Numbered from the stretch's first letter, positions 36,804 to 47,928 are shown. The stretch: 64,000 bases of DNA from an uncultured Candidatus Saccharibacteria bacterium (GCA_964585065.1 CAZPCB010000001.1:80034-144033), one strand, 5' to 3'. Translations and numbers: made by a program. The notes: a model not told the origin generated them from the letters alone.

Positions 36804-38201
36804 TTATTCATTGTTGTTGTTTTGCTGATGACGATAATCAAGATTAATAAAGGTTGCATATTCTTTTTTGAATCCTAAGGTTACTTTACCAATAGGTCCA
36901 TTTCTCTGTTTGGCTATATGAATCTCCGCTATACCCTTACGCTCTGTATCGGGATTTTCTCGTTCTTCACGATAAATAAATAATACCACATCGGCATCTT
37001 GCTCAATGGATCCGGATTCTCTGAGGTCAGATAATCGAGGAATTTGTGGAGAGCGGCTTTCTACCGAACGAGATAACTGTGACAATGCTACTACAGGAAC
37101 ATTAAATTCTCGAGCAAGTCCCTTTAAGGAGCGAGATATTTCGGATACTTGTTGTACCATATTGTCATTCTTGATACTGGATTCCATCAATTGAAGATAA
37201 TCTACTACGACGAGTCCTAACTCATCTACTTCGGCGAGAATTCTTCGCAATATAGCTCTCATTTTCATAACACTACTTCCTGGGCTATCTTCTATGAATA
37301 GCTGAGACTTTGATAAAGAGTCAAGAGCTGGAGCTAATTGCTCAAAGTCTTGAGGATGAAGCTTTCCTGTTTTCATCTTGAATAAATCTACGCGAGCCTC
37401 GGAGCTAATAAGTCTATCTACTACTTCTTCTTTTGACATTTCAAGACTAAAGAATACTGCCCCTTTACCAGAAGTAATAGCTACATTTTTGATAATCTCA
37501 AGTGCAAGAGAAGTTTTACCTACCGATGGTCGAGCAGCCAAAATCACAAGATTTGATGGTTGTAATCCTCCAAGAGCATTATCCAGAGCATCAAAGCCTG
37601 TTTTAACCCCTTTCATCCCAATTCCATTATTATGGACATCATCAATACGGTCAAAAGCATCATGCAATGCATCGCTCATTTTAACATATTCCTGCTTTAC
37701 TATTTTTTGGGCTACACTAAATACCGCCTGCTCAGCTTGATCTAATACATGGTCAATTTCTTGTGTTTCATCAAATCCAAGTTCTACAATAGAAGAACCA
37801 ACTGCAATCAAACGCCTTAAAGTCGATTTATGCTTTACGGTATAGGCATAATGTTCTATATGAGCTGAAGATGGTACTAAATCGACAAGATGAGCTAAAT
37901 ACTCCTCACCTCCAACTTTATCTAATTCTCCAATTAATTCTAACTTGTGGCTTACTGTTAATAAATCTATAGGTTCTTTGCGATTGAATAATTCAATCAT
38001 CATCTGATAGATTAAACCATTTTTCTCATGATAAAAATCATCTTGAACGAGAATATCTACAATTTTAATCAAAGAGTCTGATTCTATTAAAATTGCACCC
38101 AAAACAGATTCCTCCATATCCACTGCTTGTGGAGGAATTTTATTATGAAGCACTGCCTTCTTATCTTCATATTTCTTTGCTGATTTTTGTATGGTTGCCA
38201 T
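36804..38201 (-). CDS. dnaB: Replicative DNA helicase DnaB.
   Basis: N-terminal DnaB domain. RecA-like core 'ARPSVGKTSLALEI' (Walker A), 'VVVDYLQLM', 'SQLSR'. Confidence 0.9.
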   Translation of the reverse strand: MATIQKSAKKYEDKKAVLHNKIPPQAVDMEESVLGAILIESDSLIKIVDILVQDDFYHEKNGLIYQMMIELFNRKEPIDLLTVSHKLELIGELDKVGGEEYLAHLVDLVPSSAHIEHYAYTVKHKSTLRRLIAVGSSIVELGFDETQEIDHVLDQAEQAVFSVAQKIVKQEYVKMSDALHDAFDRIDDVHNNGIGMKGVKTGFDALDNALGGLQPSNLVILAARPSVGKTSLALEIIKNVAITSGKGAVFFSLEMSKEEVVDRLISSEARVDLFKMKTGKLHPQDFEQLAPALDSLSKSQLFIEDSPGSSVMKMRAILRRILAEVDELGLVVVDYLQLMESSIKNDNMVQQVSEISRSLKGLAREFNVPVVALSQLSRSVESRSPQIPRLSDLRESGSIEQDADVVLFIYREERENPDTERKGIAEIHIAKQRNGPIGKVTLGFKKEYATFINLDYRHQQNNNNE

Positions 38202-38206
38202 AATGC

Positions 38207-39892
38207 CTACATTTCATCTAAAGGCTCAATACTCAAAAGATTTAATCCTTGTTTTAATATACTATTGACTCGCTCTAATAAATATAGGCGATTATTCTTT
38301 ATCTTCTCATCACTTTCTTTTAAAATGGGAGTAGAGTGATAATAGGAATTCATGAGTTCAGCTAATTCATAGAGATAATGAGCAATATGAGATGGATCAT
38401 ATTCTCGAGCTGAATAATCTCTGATTTCACTAAATTTAGCTAATTTAATAATAATTTGACCCTCTATATCATTAAACGGTACTCCCTCTTCATAATAATA
38501 TGGGTTAGCTTTTTTTAATATGGAATTAATTCGAGCATATGTATACAGAATATACGGTCCAGTTTTTCCCGTCAAACTAATAGAAGATGATATATCAAAG
38601 ACTATATCTTTTTTGGAGGATATGGCTAAAATATAATACATATAACTTGCTCGAGCAATAAGCTCAATACGTCGATTTTGCTCCTCTTCTGATAATTGAC
38701 TATCTTTAAAGTATATTGTTTTTACATTATCTTCTATTTCAGCAATAAGCGGGTCAGCATTGACTATAGTTCCCTTTCTAGAGCTCATTTTACCCTCTGG
38801 GAGACGAAATAGTCCATATCCAACATGATATAACCCTTCTTGTTTTATTCCTAGTTGGCGGGCTATTGCAAAGATTTGTTGAAATTGCAGATTTTGTGAA
38901 AAATCAGTAATATAAATAATTTCATCAGCCCCATAACATTTGGATTTTTCTGAAAGTCTATATTGTAATAAAGCTAAATCTTGAGTGATATATAAAGCTG
39001 TACCCTGAGAGCGTAAAAGAATTTTATTTGGCAATCCAAATTCTTCTAAATCTGCATAAATATAGTTATCTTCCGGATGTTTTCTGAATATACCGCGAGT
39101 AAGTCCATCTTTCACAATATTTTTCCCTTCTTGATAAATATCTGATTCATATATATCTTCCTCAAAAGAAGTTCCTAATTTTCGATAGGTGATTTGCTGT
39201 CCTTCTATAACCCAATTTCTGAGCTTAAGCCAAATATCATACCAGTATTTGTCTCCTGCTTCCCATTTGGTTAATATATCTTGTGCTTCATCTATAAGTT
39301 CAGGGTTTTCTTGTGACTTATTCTCAAATTCAATATATAAGTCTCCCGCATAATGATCAGATTTACCAGTGGGGATTTCATCCTTATGGAATTTATCGTA
39401 TATCAACATCATCTTGGCAACCGCAATACCTCTATCATTAATCACTTCGGTTTTAATAACTTGATGTCCCTCGGAAGATAGAATTCTGTATAATGATTCC
39501 CCTAAAGCAATATTGCGAATATGTCCTAAATGAAGAGGCTTATTGGTATTAGGCGAGGCAAATTCAAGAGCAATTTTTTTCTTAGTAGTTGATTGTGTAA
39601 GTAAGCTATCTCCTATGTGCCACACTAAATACTCTAATTTAATAGTAATATTGACATAAGCATTTACTATAGTGATGGATTCTATATACTCTATATCTTT
39701 GAGATTTTCTTGTAACTCAACAGCTATATCCTGAGGAGATTTTTTAAGAACTTTTGCAAAAGCAAAACAAGGAATTGCTAAATGTCCAAATTGAGACTCA
39801 GGATATTCAAACTCAATTCTGAGAGCCTCATCTATTGATAACAATACTCGGATTTGCTTCTCTAAATCCTCTCTAATCCTCTGTAACTGCAT
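38207..39892 (-). CDS. argS: Arginine--tRNA ligase.
   Basis: 'FASPNTNKPLHLGHIRNIALGE' (HIGH-class motif), DALR anticodon-binding C-terminus. Confidence 0.9.
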   Translation of the reverse strand: MQLQRIREDLEKQIRVLLSIDEALRIEFEYPESQFGHLAIPCFAFAKVLKKSPQDIAVELQENLKDIEYIESITIVNAYVNITIKLEYLVWHIGDSLLTQSTTKKKIALEFASPNTNKPLHLGHIRNIALGESLYRILSSEGHQVIKTEVINDRGIAVAKMMLIYDKFHKDEIPTGKSDHYAGDLYIEFENKSQENPELIDEAQDILTKWEAGDKYWYDIWLKLRNWVIEGQQITYRKLGTSFEEDIYESDIYQEGKNIVKDGLTRGIFRKHPEDNYIYADLEEFGLPNKILLRSQGTALYITQDLALLQYRLSEKSKCYGADEIIYITDFSQNLQFQQIFAIARQLGIKQEGLYHVGYGLFRLPEGKMSSRKGTIVNADPLIAEIEDNVKTIYFKDSQLSEEEQNRRIELIARASYMYYILAISSKKDIVFDISSSISLTGKTGPYILYTYARINSILKKANPYYYEEGVPFNDIEGQIIIKLAKFSEIRDYSAREYDPSHIAHYLYELAELMNSYYHSTPILKESDEKIKNNRLYLLERVNSILKQGLNLLSIEPLDEM

Positions 39893-39895
39893 ATC

Positions 39896-40984
39896 TTAAA
39901 ATAGCTTGATAATATCTTTGGCTGTAACCAATAACATTAATAGTAATAGAATACTATACCCCACCAAATGAAATCTATTCTCAACTGTCTGGCTAACTGG
40001 AGATTTTTTAATCCATTCTATAATCACGAATACTATTCTTCCCCCATCAAGAGCTGGTATAGGTAATATATTAAATAATGCTAAGCTCGTACTAATAAGT
40101 CCTATAAAGGTAATAATATAAGCCACTCCCAAATCTTGAAAATCTCCCACAATTTGTACGAGTCCCACTGGTCCTGTTACTTCTGCTTCTGGTGGAAGTG
40201 GGGCTCTGGTGAATATACTTGCTATCATTTGTCCAAGTATAGACAAAGTAGTAGTTACAATTACATAAATTCTTACAAAGGATAATTTGAATGACTCAAA
40301 GAATGATAGTTTTTGTAATCCAGTAAGCTCAATAGTAATACCTGTAGCTCCTTGTCCTTCAGGAGGATTTTCTCGAGGGGTAATATTCTTAGTAATAGTT
40401 TCATCCCCCCTATTCACTACAATATCTATAGATTTACCTGCATTTTCATTAATCACTTGTGAAACTTCTGATTGGGTGACAACTTTAATTCCATTTATGG
40501 ATTGAATTTCATCTCCAAATCTCAAACCTGCGGCTTTTGCTGGTGAGTCCTCAGCCACACTTGTTATCAGGGTTGTAACATTAGTATATTGCCCAGAATC
40601 AATATCTGACTCATTAATTTGTACTTGAGTACCAAGCATTCCAACAATAGTAAATGCTATTACGGCAATAATAATATTCATAATAACTCCTGCTGAGAGT
40701 ATTGCTATTCTTTGCCATGGTTTTTTGGAGGCGAATGATTCTGGATTATCTCTCTTATCTCCTTCTTCTCCTAATAGTTTTACATAACCTCCTATTGGAA
40801 GCAAATTAATATTATATTCTGTGTCACTACCTTTAGGTTTAAAACCCCAAATTTTAGGAGGAAGTCCAAATCCAAATTCTTCTACCTTTACTCCATTCCA
40901 CCTGGCTACAATAAAGTGACCAAATTCATGACCAATTACTACGATTACGAGTATTCCAATAAATAATAAAAGTGTTGTGATCAT
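39896..40984 (-). CDS. rseP: Site-2 protease RseP/RasP (M50 zinc metalloprotease with a PDZ domain).
   Basis: 'HEFGHFIVARWNGV' (HExxH), PDZ 'GLRFGDEIQSINGIKV', 'LNILPIPALDGG' (LDG motif). Confidence 0.85.
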   Translation of the reverse strand: MITTLLLFIGILVIVVIGHEFGHFIVARWNGVKVEEFGFGLPPKIWGFKPKGSDTEYNINLLPIGGYVKLLGEEGDKRDNPESFASKKPWQRIAILSAGVIMNIIIAVIAFTIVGMLGTQVQINESDIDSGQYTNVTTLITSVAEDSPAKAAGLRFGDEIQSINGIKVVTQSEVSQVINENAGKSIDIVVNRGDETITKNITPRENPPEGQGATGITIELTGLQKLSFFESFKLSFVRIYVIVTTTLSILGQMIASIFTRAPLPPEAEVTGPVGLVQIVGDFQDLGVAYIITFIGLISTSLALFNILPIPALDGGRIVFVIIEWIKKSPVSQTVENRFHLVGYSILLLLMLLVTAKDIIKLF

Positions 40985-40985
40985 A

Positions 40986-41540
40986 TTAAATCGTTAGAAT
41001 TTGTTGTTCTTTTTTCTTAGATATTGACTCTAATTCGGCTTGATACTCTTTTGTGATGGTATCAATTTGTTCAAAATCTTTATATTGTTCATCTTCTGAG
41101 ATTTCTTTATTCTTGAGTTGATTTTTGACCGTATTTCGGGATTCATCTCTTACTTGTCTTAGGGCTGTTTTGAATTCTTCAGCTTTATGATTCAATTCTT
41201 TAACTAAAGCAAGTCGCCTTTCTTCAGTTGGTACAGGAATTACCAGTCTAACACCTGCAGACTCAGAAATAGGATTCAGTCCTAAATGTGTCGCTTGTTG
41301 TATAGCTTTCTCAATTCCTGCAATACTTGATTTATCCCATGGGCTAATCATAATGACTCTCGGTTCTGGTATACTAATTGAGGCAATTTGTTTGATAGGG
41401 GTAGGAGTTCCATAATAATCAACAGTAATATCAGCAATCAAATCAATACTAGCTTCCCCTGTACGTAAAGATTGTATATCTTTTTGAAAGGCTTCAATGG
41501 TTTTTTGGAATTGTTGTTTAATCTCTGGAGTATTTAGCAT
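40986..41540 (-). CDS. frr: Ribosome recycling factor.
   Basis: 'SLRTGEASIDLIADITVDYYGTPTPIKQIASISIPEPRVIMISPWDKS' is the canonical RRF. Confidence 0.9.
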   Translation of the reverse strand: MLNTPEIKQQFQKTIEAFQKDIQSLRTGEASIDLIADITVDYYGTPTPIKQIASISIPEPRVIMISPWDKSSIAGIEKAIQQATHLGLNPISESAGVRLVIPVPTEERRLALVKELNHKAEEFKTALRQVRDESRNTVKNQLKNKEISEDEQYKDFEQIDTITKEYQAELESISKKKEQQILTI

Positions 41541-41547
41541 ATATATC

Positions 41548-42627
41548 TTAATTAGTTCCTATATATAGTATATCACTTTTTTCTTTATCTATTAAGAGGG
41601 TAGATATATTCTTGACAATAGAGGATAAATCACTCGTATTCCAACTTTCCCCTCTATTAGATGAGGCATATAATACGGATCCAACCGTATAATATATGAC
41701 ATTAGGATTTGCAATACTTACTGATACATTATTGACGGGTAAGGCTAAATTAGGGGTAAGTATACGAATATTTTCCCATGTTTTTCCAAAGTCTCGGGTT
41801 CGAATTAATTCTCCGGTACTACCAATATATATTTCTTGAGAATCATTTTGATTAATTGCAAATGAGGTTATTTGAGATCCCGTGACAGCTCTTTCTCTCA
41901 GTTTTGGAGTGGAGGCTTCAAAAGTAAATCCTCCATCTTGGCTTACAAATAATTGAGTAAGTCCAATAGCTGAGATAATATCTGGATTATTTTTATCGAG
42001 AGAAAAACCTAATGTTGTAGTTTTAAAATCATATGCCAATACCCAGTCTAATCCTTTATTATATGATTTTAATAAAACTCCACTTGATAACAATCCATAT
42101 ACAATATTATCATTCTTGGGATTTACCCGAATTGCAACAAAAGCCGTACCACTTTTGGGTTCAGTGTATGATTCTGGCCAATTATTATCTTTACCTCCAT
42201 TTGTGGTTCTATATAACCTGGCTCTTTTGGAGGCGATAGCTCCAATATATATCTCATTACTATTATTAAGATTTACTCCAAATGTATTTCCTGCACCTGA
42301 GGAATTGAATACTGTGTCCCAACTTTCTCCCCAATTAGTACTTTTGAATAATCCACCTGTACGAGTAAGCGCAAAAATATCATTATTAGCACCATATTTT
42401 AATTCTATAACATTACGACTTAAATTAATTTTGCTATCCCCATTCACCTTAGATATTGGCTCAAAGGTACGTCCCCCATCAATAGACTTCCATAATGCCC
42501 CCGTTACTCGAGCTGGTGAATTATTATTAGAAGATGGAAGAGAAATAGGTGAAGAATTATTCAAGATAATTCCTGCTACAATTAATATTCCGACAAGTAT
42601 AGTAAGTGGTATAATTAAAACTTTCAT
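41548..42627 (-). CDS. Secreted BNR/Asp-box repeat protein (Ycf48-like beta-propeller).
   Basis: Signal anchor plus at least 5 SxDxGxTW repeats: 'SIDGGRTFEP', 'STNWGESWDT', 'SQDGGFTFEA', 'TRDFGKTWEN', 'SSNRGESWNT'. Confidence 0.55.
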   Translation of the reverse strand: MKVLIIPLTILVGILIVAGIILNNSSPISLPSSNNNSPARVTGALWKSIDGGRTFEPISKVNGDSKINLSRNVIELKYGANNDIFALTRTGGLFKSTNWGESWDTVFNSSGAGNTFGVNLNNSNEIYIGAIASKRARLYRTTNGGKDNNWPESYTEPKSGTAFVAIRVNPKNDNIVYGLLSSGVLLKSYNKGLDWVLAYDFKTTTLGFSLDKNNPDIISAIGLTQLFVSQDGGFTFEASTPKLRERAVTGSQITSFAINQNDSQEIYIGSTGELIRTRDFGKTWENIRILTPNLALPVNNVSVSIANPNVIYYTVGSVLYASSNRGESWNTSDLSSIVKNISTLLIDKEKSDILYIGTN

Positions 42628-42630
42628 ATA

Positions 42631-43473
42631 TTAATGATGTATAAATAATAAAAATTGCTCAATTGCAAGGGTATTTTTTCGATTACTGAATAATAATGTT
42701 TTTTTCAATTTATCTAATTCCTTCAATGCAGTATAATGCCAGGTGACAGAGTTTATGGTAATGAGTTTATCCAATAATTCTCTCAAAGGTTCTGATAGTC
42801 TAATATTAGTATATCGTGTCTTATCTGTAGTTGCAAGTATACAAATCCAATGAATACTTTCCCATATAAATAGGACTAATTCTATTGGATATTTATCCAT
42901 CTCTTGAGTAAATGCAAATATCTCAATTTGATCTTTTTGTAATATGTCTATATAGGATTTCCATAAACTGTCTATAACTGCTTTTAATTCAGAACTTTGC
43001 TCTATTTCTAAAGCCAAATCTCTATGCCCCAAATCCAATCCCCTAGGAATTTCATTATCTAAATATAGGGATAAACAGCGAGAATATATGGTGGGTAATA
43101 ATTGATGATATGTACCTAAAAGAATAATAATACTATGCTCTCCTGGCTCTTCAATTAATTTTAATAATGCATTTTGAGCTTCTTTATTCAAGAAATCAGC
43201 ATCCTCAATCACACAAAAATTATATAGGTGATATAGTGGTGAATTATGAATATGTTGTTTAATAATTTGTATATCCTTCAAGCCTAGGCTTGAAGCTTCC
43301 GCCAATTTAGAAACCCAGGTAATATCTGGTGAGTTCAGGGGAATATACTGCTGTATAATATCTTGTGCTAACAATTTTTGCCCAGACTTATATCCTCCCT
43401 CAATCAAAAAAGTTTGACTATGATGATTATCAATATGTTCCAATATAAGACTTTGAGCTTGACTATATATCAT
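42631..43473 (-). CDS. holB: Probable DNA polymerase III delta-prime-like AAA+ clamp-loader subunit.
   Basis: Size, operon context and the degenerate AAA+ N-terminus 'HSQTFLIEGGYKSGQKLLAQDI'. Weak. Confidence 0.45.
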   Translation of the reverse strand: MIYSQAQSLILEHIDNHHSQTFLIEGGYKSGQKLLAQDIIQQYIPLNSPDITWVSKLAEASSLGLKDIQIIKQHIHNSPLYHLYNFCVIEDADFLNKEAQNALLKLIEEPGEHSIIILLGTYHQLLPTIYSRCLSLYLDNEIPRGLDLGHRDLALEIEQSSELKAVIDSLWKSYIDILQKDQIEIFAFTQEMDKYPIELVLFIWESIHWICILATTDKTRYTNIRLSEPLRELLDKLITINSVTWHYTALKELDKLKKTLLFSNRKNTLAIEQFLLFIHH

Positions 43474-44584
43474 TTTTATGAGAGGTCATAACCGTATTAA
43501 TATATGTTTTTATCTCTTCAGTAAATCGCTTGGTGCTAAATTTTTCTGCATGTCGACGAATAAAAGCTGTATCATACGTTTTTTCTGTAATTCTTCTCAC
43601 TCCATCTGCTAATAATTCTACAATTGGGGCATCAAAAAATTCTCCTGTCTTACCTTCTATAATTGTCTCTAAAGCCCCCCCTTCTCTCAGAGCCAATACA
43701 GGTTTTCCTGCTGCCATAGCCTCAACTGGAGCAATACCAAAGTCATCGGATCCTGCAAAAATAAATCCTCGACAATTCTGATAATATGCTACTATTGTTT
43801 CATCATCAAGAAAACCTTTTATCTCTACATTTGAGGCTGCTAATTTCTCTAGTCTTTGGCGTTCTGGTCCATCTCCAATAATAATAAGCGGTATATTAAG
43901 CTTATTAAAAGCCTCTACGACAATATCTATATTTTTATAGGGGGTTAATTGAGATACAATAAGAAAATAGTCTTTATGTGACTTTTTTGCTCTTATTCTA
44001 TTCACATCTACTGGGGGATAAATGACTACTGAGTCTTTACGATAATATTTTTTGATACGAGATTGTGTAAGTTTGGAATTTGCAATAAAATAATCTACCC
44101 TATCTGCAGCCTGTCTATCCCATTGACGCAAATAATGAGTTAAGAGGAGAATAAAGAAATTGCCAATATTTCCCCTTTTTTGTTGTCTACGATAAGAATG
44201 AAAAGCATTCCAAATAAAGGTGGAGGGTGCATGACAATAAGAAATATGTATAGCTTGTGGTTTAGTAATTACTCCTTTGGCAAAAGAATTAGAGCTTGAG
44301 ATAATAAGATCATATTGAGTTAAATCAAATGACTCCACAGCAGATGGGAAAAAAGGAGCAAGGAATTTAACTCGAGACTTTAACCAAGTAGGGAAATTGT
44401 TGACAAAACTAGGCTGAACTTTATTGGTAGGAAATATTTCTCCTACTTTTGCCTCATTATATAATAAGGTATATATATCTGCTTCTGGATATATATCATA
44501 TATATGTTTTAATACTCGCTCCGCCCCTCCAAGACGAGTCAAATATTCATGCACTAAAGCAACTTTATTCTCCTTTTTACTCAT
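43463..44584 (-). CDS. Glycosyltransferase family 4 (GT-B fold).
   Basis: C-terminal 'EAMAAGKPVLALREGGALETII' nucleotide-sugar binding motif (E-x7-E). Confidence 0.75.
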   Translation of the reverse strand: MSKKENKVALVHEYLTRLGGAERVLKHIYDIYPEADIYTLLYNEAKVGEIFPTNKVQPSFVNNFPTWLKSRVKFLAPFFPSAVESFDLTQYDLIISSSNSFAKGVITKPQAIHISYCHAPSTFIWNAFHSYRRQQKRGNIGNFFILLLTHYLRQWDRQAADRVDYFIANSKLTQSRIKKYYRKDSVVIYPPVDVNRIRAKKSHKDYFLIVSQLTPYKNIDIVVEAFNKLNIPLIIIGDGPERQRLEKLAASNVEIKGFLDDETIVAYYQNCRGFIFAGSDDFGIAPVEAMAAGKPVLALREGGALETIIEGKTGEFFDAPIVELLADGVRRITEKTYDTAFIRRHAEKFSTKRFTEEIKTYINTVMTSHKNDI

Positions 44585-44585
44585 A

Positions 44586-46055
44586 TTATTTCTCTCTTTT
44601 CATTAATGGAAAAGCAGTAGTTTCACGAATAGGCTTTTGCATCAATATACTAAATAATCTTTCTGAATAAGCAAACCCACAAGTTGGGGGAATTCCATAT
44701 TCTAAAGCTTCTACAAAATCTCTATCTATCATCATAGCCTCATCATCTCCTTGCTCTCTCAGTGCCTGTTGCTCCTCAAATCGTACTAATTGGTCAACTG
44801 GATCATTGAGTTCAGCAAATCCATTGGTTAGCTCAGAACCATAGGCTATTAATTGAGCTCTGAGAGTTAAATCAGTATTCTCAGGATTCCTCTTAGCTAG
44901 GGGGGATAAAGCTACCGGATGATCAATAAGCCATACAGGTTCAATACAATTTGGCCGAGCAGTTTTTTTGTAAATTAAATCGACTAATCGTCCATATCCA
45001 TCGGTTCTATTATAATGTAATCCTAAAGTATCAGCTAATACTCTTAGTTTTTCTACCGTATCATATTCTTGCAATGATATATTTGCAAATTTCTCAACAA
45101 ATTCATAATACGATAAGCGTGGCCAATTACCACTCCAATCAATAGTTTTATCTTTATATGGTAAAGAAAGAGTGGAGAAGGTATTCTGAATTACATATTG
45201 TATCAACTCTTCTGAAAAAGATACCATAGTATCAAATTCTGAATAAGCCCAATAAAATTCAAATTGAGTATATTCTTGTAAATGTTCATCATCTATACCC
45301 TCATTACGATAATTCTTATCAATATCGAATACTTTTTCAAATCCTCCTGCAATATAACGTTTTAAGAATAATTCTGAACTAATTCTGAGATAAAAGTCCT
45401 CATCTAGCGCATTATGATGAGTAGAAAATGGAGCTGCTTCAGCGCCTCCCGTAGTATGTTCGAGAGTTGGGGCTTGTAATTCTAAAAAGTCTGAGCGTAT
45501 CATAAAATCTCTTGTTGCCTGCCAGAATTTACTTTTCATTCTGAATATTTCTCTTACTTCAGGATGAAGTTTCATATCAATATATCTTTTGCGATATTTG
45601 ATTTCTATATCATCTAATTGCTCAGGAAGAGATCGTAATGATTTCGTTAATACCCGATATTCTGATACAAAAACACTAGGCTCCCCTCTTTGAGATATGT
45701 CTAATTTTCCTGTAACTTGAATATAATCTCCCCTATCTACTAATTCCTTAAAGTCCTCAAATGTCAGTGGATTTGATTCTAATAAGTCAGATTTAAAAAT
45801 AAATTGAAAACCTTCAGGTAAAGAATCATCCTCTACTGTAGTAAATCCAATTTTCCCTGATAATCGTAATGATTTAATGTATCCCGTAACAGTAATAGTC
45901 TCTCCCTTTTTGTTATCAAAGGTATTTTTTAATTCCAAAAGAGTAATATCTCTCAATACCTTTTCTGTATAGGGATTTTGTCCTTTTTCTCTCAATACTT
46001 GAGCTTTCTGTATACGATTCTCGCGCTCTACTTCAATTGCTGTTAATTGTGCCAT
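44586..46055 (-). CDS. lysS: Lysine--tRNA ligase (class II).
   Basis: OB-fold N-terminus. Class II motifs 'FRNEGID..H..EFT..E' and 'GGFGIGIDRL'-like 'PPTCGFAYSERL'. Confidence 0.9.
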   Translation of the reverse strand: MAQLTAIEVERENRIQKAQVLREKGQNPYTEKVLRDITLLELKNTFDNKKGETITVTGYIKSLRLSGKIGFTTVEDDSLPEGFQFIFKSDLLESNPLTFEDFKELVDRGDYIQVTGKLDISQRGEPSVFVSEYRVLTKSLRSLPEQLDDIEIKYRKRYIDMKLHPEVREIFRMKSKFWQATRDFMIRSDFLELQAPTLEHTTGGAEAAPFSTHHNALDEDFYLRISSELFLKRYIAGGFEKVFDIDKNYRNEGIDDEHLQEYTQFEFYWAYSEFDTMVSFSEELIQYVIQNTFSTLSLPYKDKTIDWSGNWPRLSYYEFVEKFANISLQEYDTVEKLRVLADTLGLHYNRTDGYGRLVDLIYKKTARPNCIEPVWLIDHPVALSPLAKRNPENTDLTLRAQLIAYGSELTNGFAELNDPVDQLVRFEEQQALREQGDDEAMMIDRDFVEALEYGIPPTCGFAYSERLFSILMQKPIRETTAFPLMKREK

Positions 46056-46056
46056 A

Positions 46057-46818
46057 TTATAATTGCGTTAATATTTCTGCTCCATTATCAGTAACCAAAA
46101 CAGTATGTTCAAAATGAGCGGACAAAGATCCATCATCAGTATATACTGTCCACCCATCATCGGCATCGGTAAATACATCATCTGATCCAAGAGTAATCAT
46201 TGGCTCAATTGCAATAGTAAGTCCTGATATTAATTTGTCCCCTGTTCCTGGTCTTCCGTAATTAGGGATATTAGGATTTTCATGAAGATTATACCCTACA
46301 CCATGTCCTGCATAATCTCTCACAAGCCCATATCCAAATTGGTTAATATAAGATTCAACTGCATAACCAATATCTCCTGTTGTTGTCCCAGCTTTCACAG
46401 CCTTAATTGCTTTATTGAGTGATTTTTTGGTTCTCTCAATTAATAGTCTTGACTGTTCTGGTAATTCTCCTATACCAAATGAAATAGCGCTATCTACAAT
46501 AAGTCCTTGATGTTTGAGCCCACAATCTAGCGACACAATATCCCCCTCTTGTACAATAGTTTCAGTATTAGGAACACCATGTATAACCGCGTCATTAAGG
46601 GATACACAAATAGCTCCGGTAAATCCATGATAGCCTAGGAATACTGGTGCTACTTTCTTTTTGTCAAAAAATTCTCGGGTATATATATCAATTTCATGAG
46701 TACTAATACCAGGCTTTACCTTTTCCTCCTGCAACCATATCAAAGTCTCAGCAAGAATTTTACCTCCTTGCCTCATTGATTCTATTTCAATGGAATTTTT
46801 TGACTGGTATTGTGACAT
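46057..46818 (-). CDS. map: Methionine aminopeptidase type I.
   Basis: Pita-bread fold metal ligands 'DIVSLDCG', 'HGVGYNLHE', 'TIAIEPMI', 'EHTVLVT'. Confidence 0.9.
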   Translation of the reverse strand: MSQYQSKNSIEIESMRQGGKILAETLIWLQEEKVKPGISTHEIDIYTREFFDKKKVAPVFLGYHGFTGAICVSLNDAVIHGVPNTETIVQEGDIVSLDCGLKHQGLIVDSAISFGIGELPEQSRLLIERTKKSLNKAIKAVKAGTTTGDIGYAVESYINQFGYGLVRDYAGHGVGYNLHENPNIPNYGRPGTGDKLISGLTIAIEPMITLGSDDVFTDADDGWTVYTDDGSLSAHFEHTVLVTDNGAEILTQL

Positions 46819-46819
46819 A

Positions 46820-47392
46820 TTATTGTAAAGCTTTGAGAATATCTGCTGAAACTAATTCCATTGATTGATTTCCATTAACTGTAATCAGTTTTCCCTTTTC
46901 TTTAAAATATTCAATTGCAGGTACTACTAATTCATTATGAGTCTCAAGACGCTTTTGAATATGCTCTGGCTTATCATCCTCACGATGTAATAAATTTAAT
47001 CTTTCTGATAGTCTAGATGTAGCGACTTCATCAGGCACATCAATATACACAACATAATATTCTCTTTCAAACCAAGTTAAGACTTTATGTACTACAATAG
47101 CTTCCTCTTTAGAGCGAGCTGCTCCATCCAAAATAATTCCTTGATTGGGATTGGAATCATTAATCATATAATCCACTAATACATAGCTTGGAATCCAATA
47201 CGGTAAAAATTCTCCATTATCAATAAGAGAGCCTACTTTTTGAGATAAAAACCCCTCTTGATTTGCTATTCCACGGAAAAATTCACCATAAGGAATTGCT
47301 TCCATACGAAGTTTTTGCTTCAAAATACCACTTTGAGTTCCTTTACCAGCTCCAGGCTTACCAATCAGGATAAGTGCATCTACTTTTTTCAT
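46820..47392 (-). CDS. adk: Adenylate kinase (short form without zinc lid).
   Basis: 'LILIGKPGAGKGTQS' P-loop. Confidence 0.9.
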   Translation of the reverse strand: MKKVDALILIGKPGAGKGTQSGILKQKLRMEAIPYGEFFRGIANQEGFLSQKVGSLIDNGEFLPYWIPSYVLVDYMINDSNPNQGIILDGAARSKEEAIVVHKVLTWFEREYYVVYIDVPDEVATSRLSERLNLLHREDDKPEHIQKRLETHNELVVPAIEYFKEKGKLITVNGNQSMELVSADILKALQ

Positions 47393-47479
47393 ATAGGTAA
47401 TATAATATTATTTTCTTTTATCCTATCATATTATTCTAATAATTTCTACTATTTTTGTCCTTATGCTATACTGACACAT

Positions 47480-47884
47480 ATGAAATATCTTCGTTTTATC
47501 CCAGCTATTATTATCTTTGGATTTATTTGGTATTGGTCAGATCAACCTGGCCTGCAATCTAACTATACGCCTATTATTGACTTTTTTCTTCGCAAAGGAG
47601 CTCATATACTAGAGTATTTAATTCTTTATTTAGCCTTATTCTGGGCATTTTTACCCCAAAAATTCTCTGCACTTTCATTATCTGAAATACATTTTATTCA
47701 TATCAAAACATTTATTCTCGCATTCCTGGCAACTCTCTTTGATGAATGGCATCAAACCTGGGTTTCAGGAAGAGAAGGTAAACCTATAGATATATTATTT
47801 GATGTTATAGGATTCTTAATTGCCTATATTCTTATTTGGGTATTCTGGGCATATATTTCACATCAAAAACATAGTGATAAATAA
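47480..47884 (+). CDS. VanZ-like family membrane protein. The ORF-track start at 47258 overlaps adk; the real start is probably the ATG at 47480.
   Basis: 'FLRKGAHILEYLILYLA...DEWHQTWVSGREGKPIDILFDVIGFLIAY' fits the VanZ family pattern. Confidence 0.55.
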   Translation: MKYLRFIPAIIIFGFIWYWSDQPGLQSNYTPIIDFFLRKGAHILEYLILYLALFWAFLPQKFSALSLSEIHFIHIKTFILAFLATLFDEWHQTWVSGREGKPIDILFDVIGFLIAYILIWVFWAYISHQKHSDK

Positions 47885-47912
47885 AAAAGCCCCTATACCG
47901 GGGGCTTTTTTA
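47885..47912. terminator. Bidirectional rho-independent terminator between the VanZ-like gene and dnaK.
   Basis: 'aaaaaagcccctataccgggggctttttt'. Confidence 0.6.
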
Positions 47913-47928
47913 TTTCAAGAGAAATAGA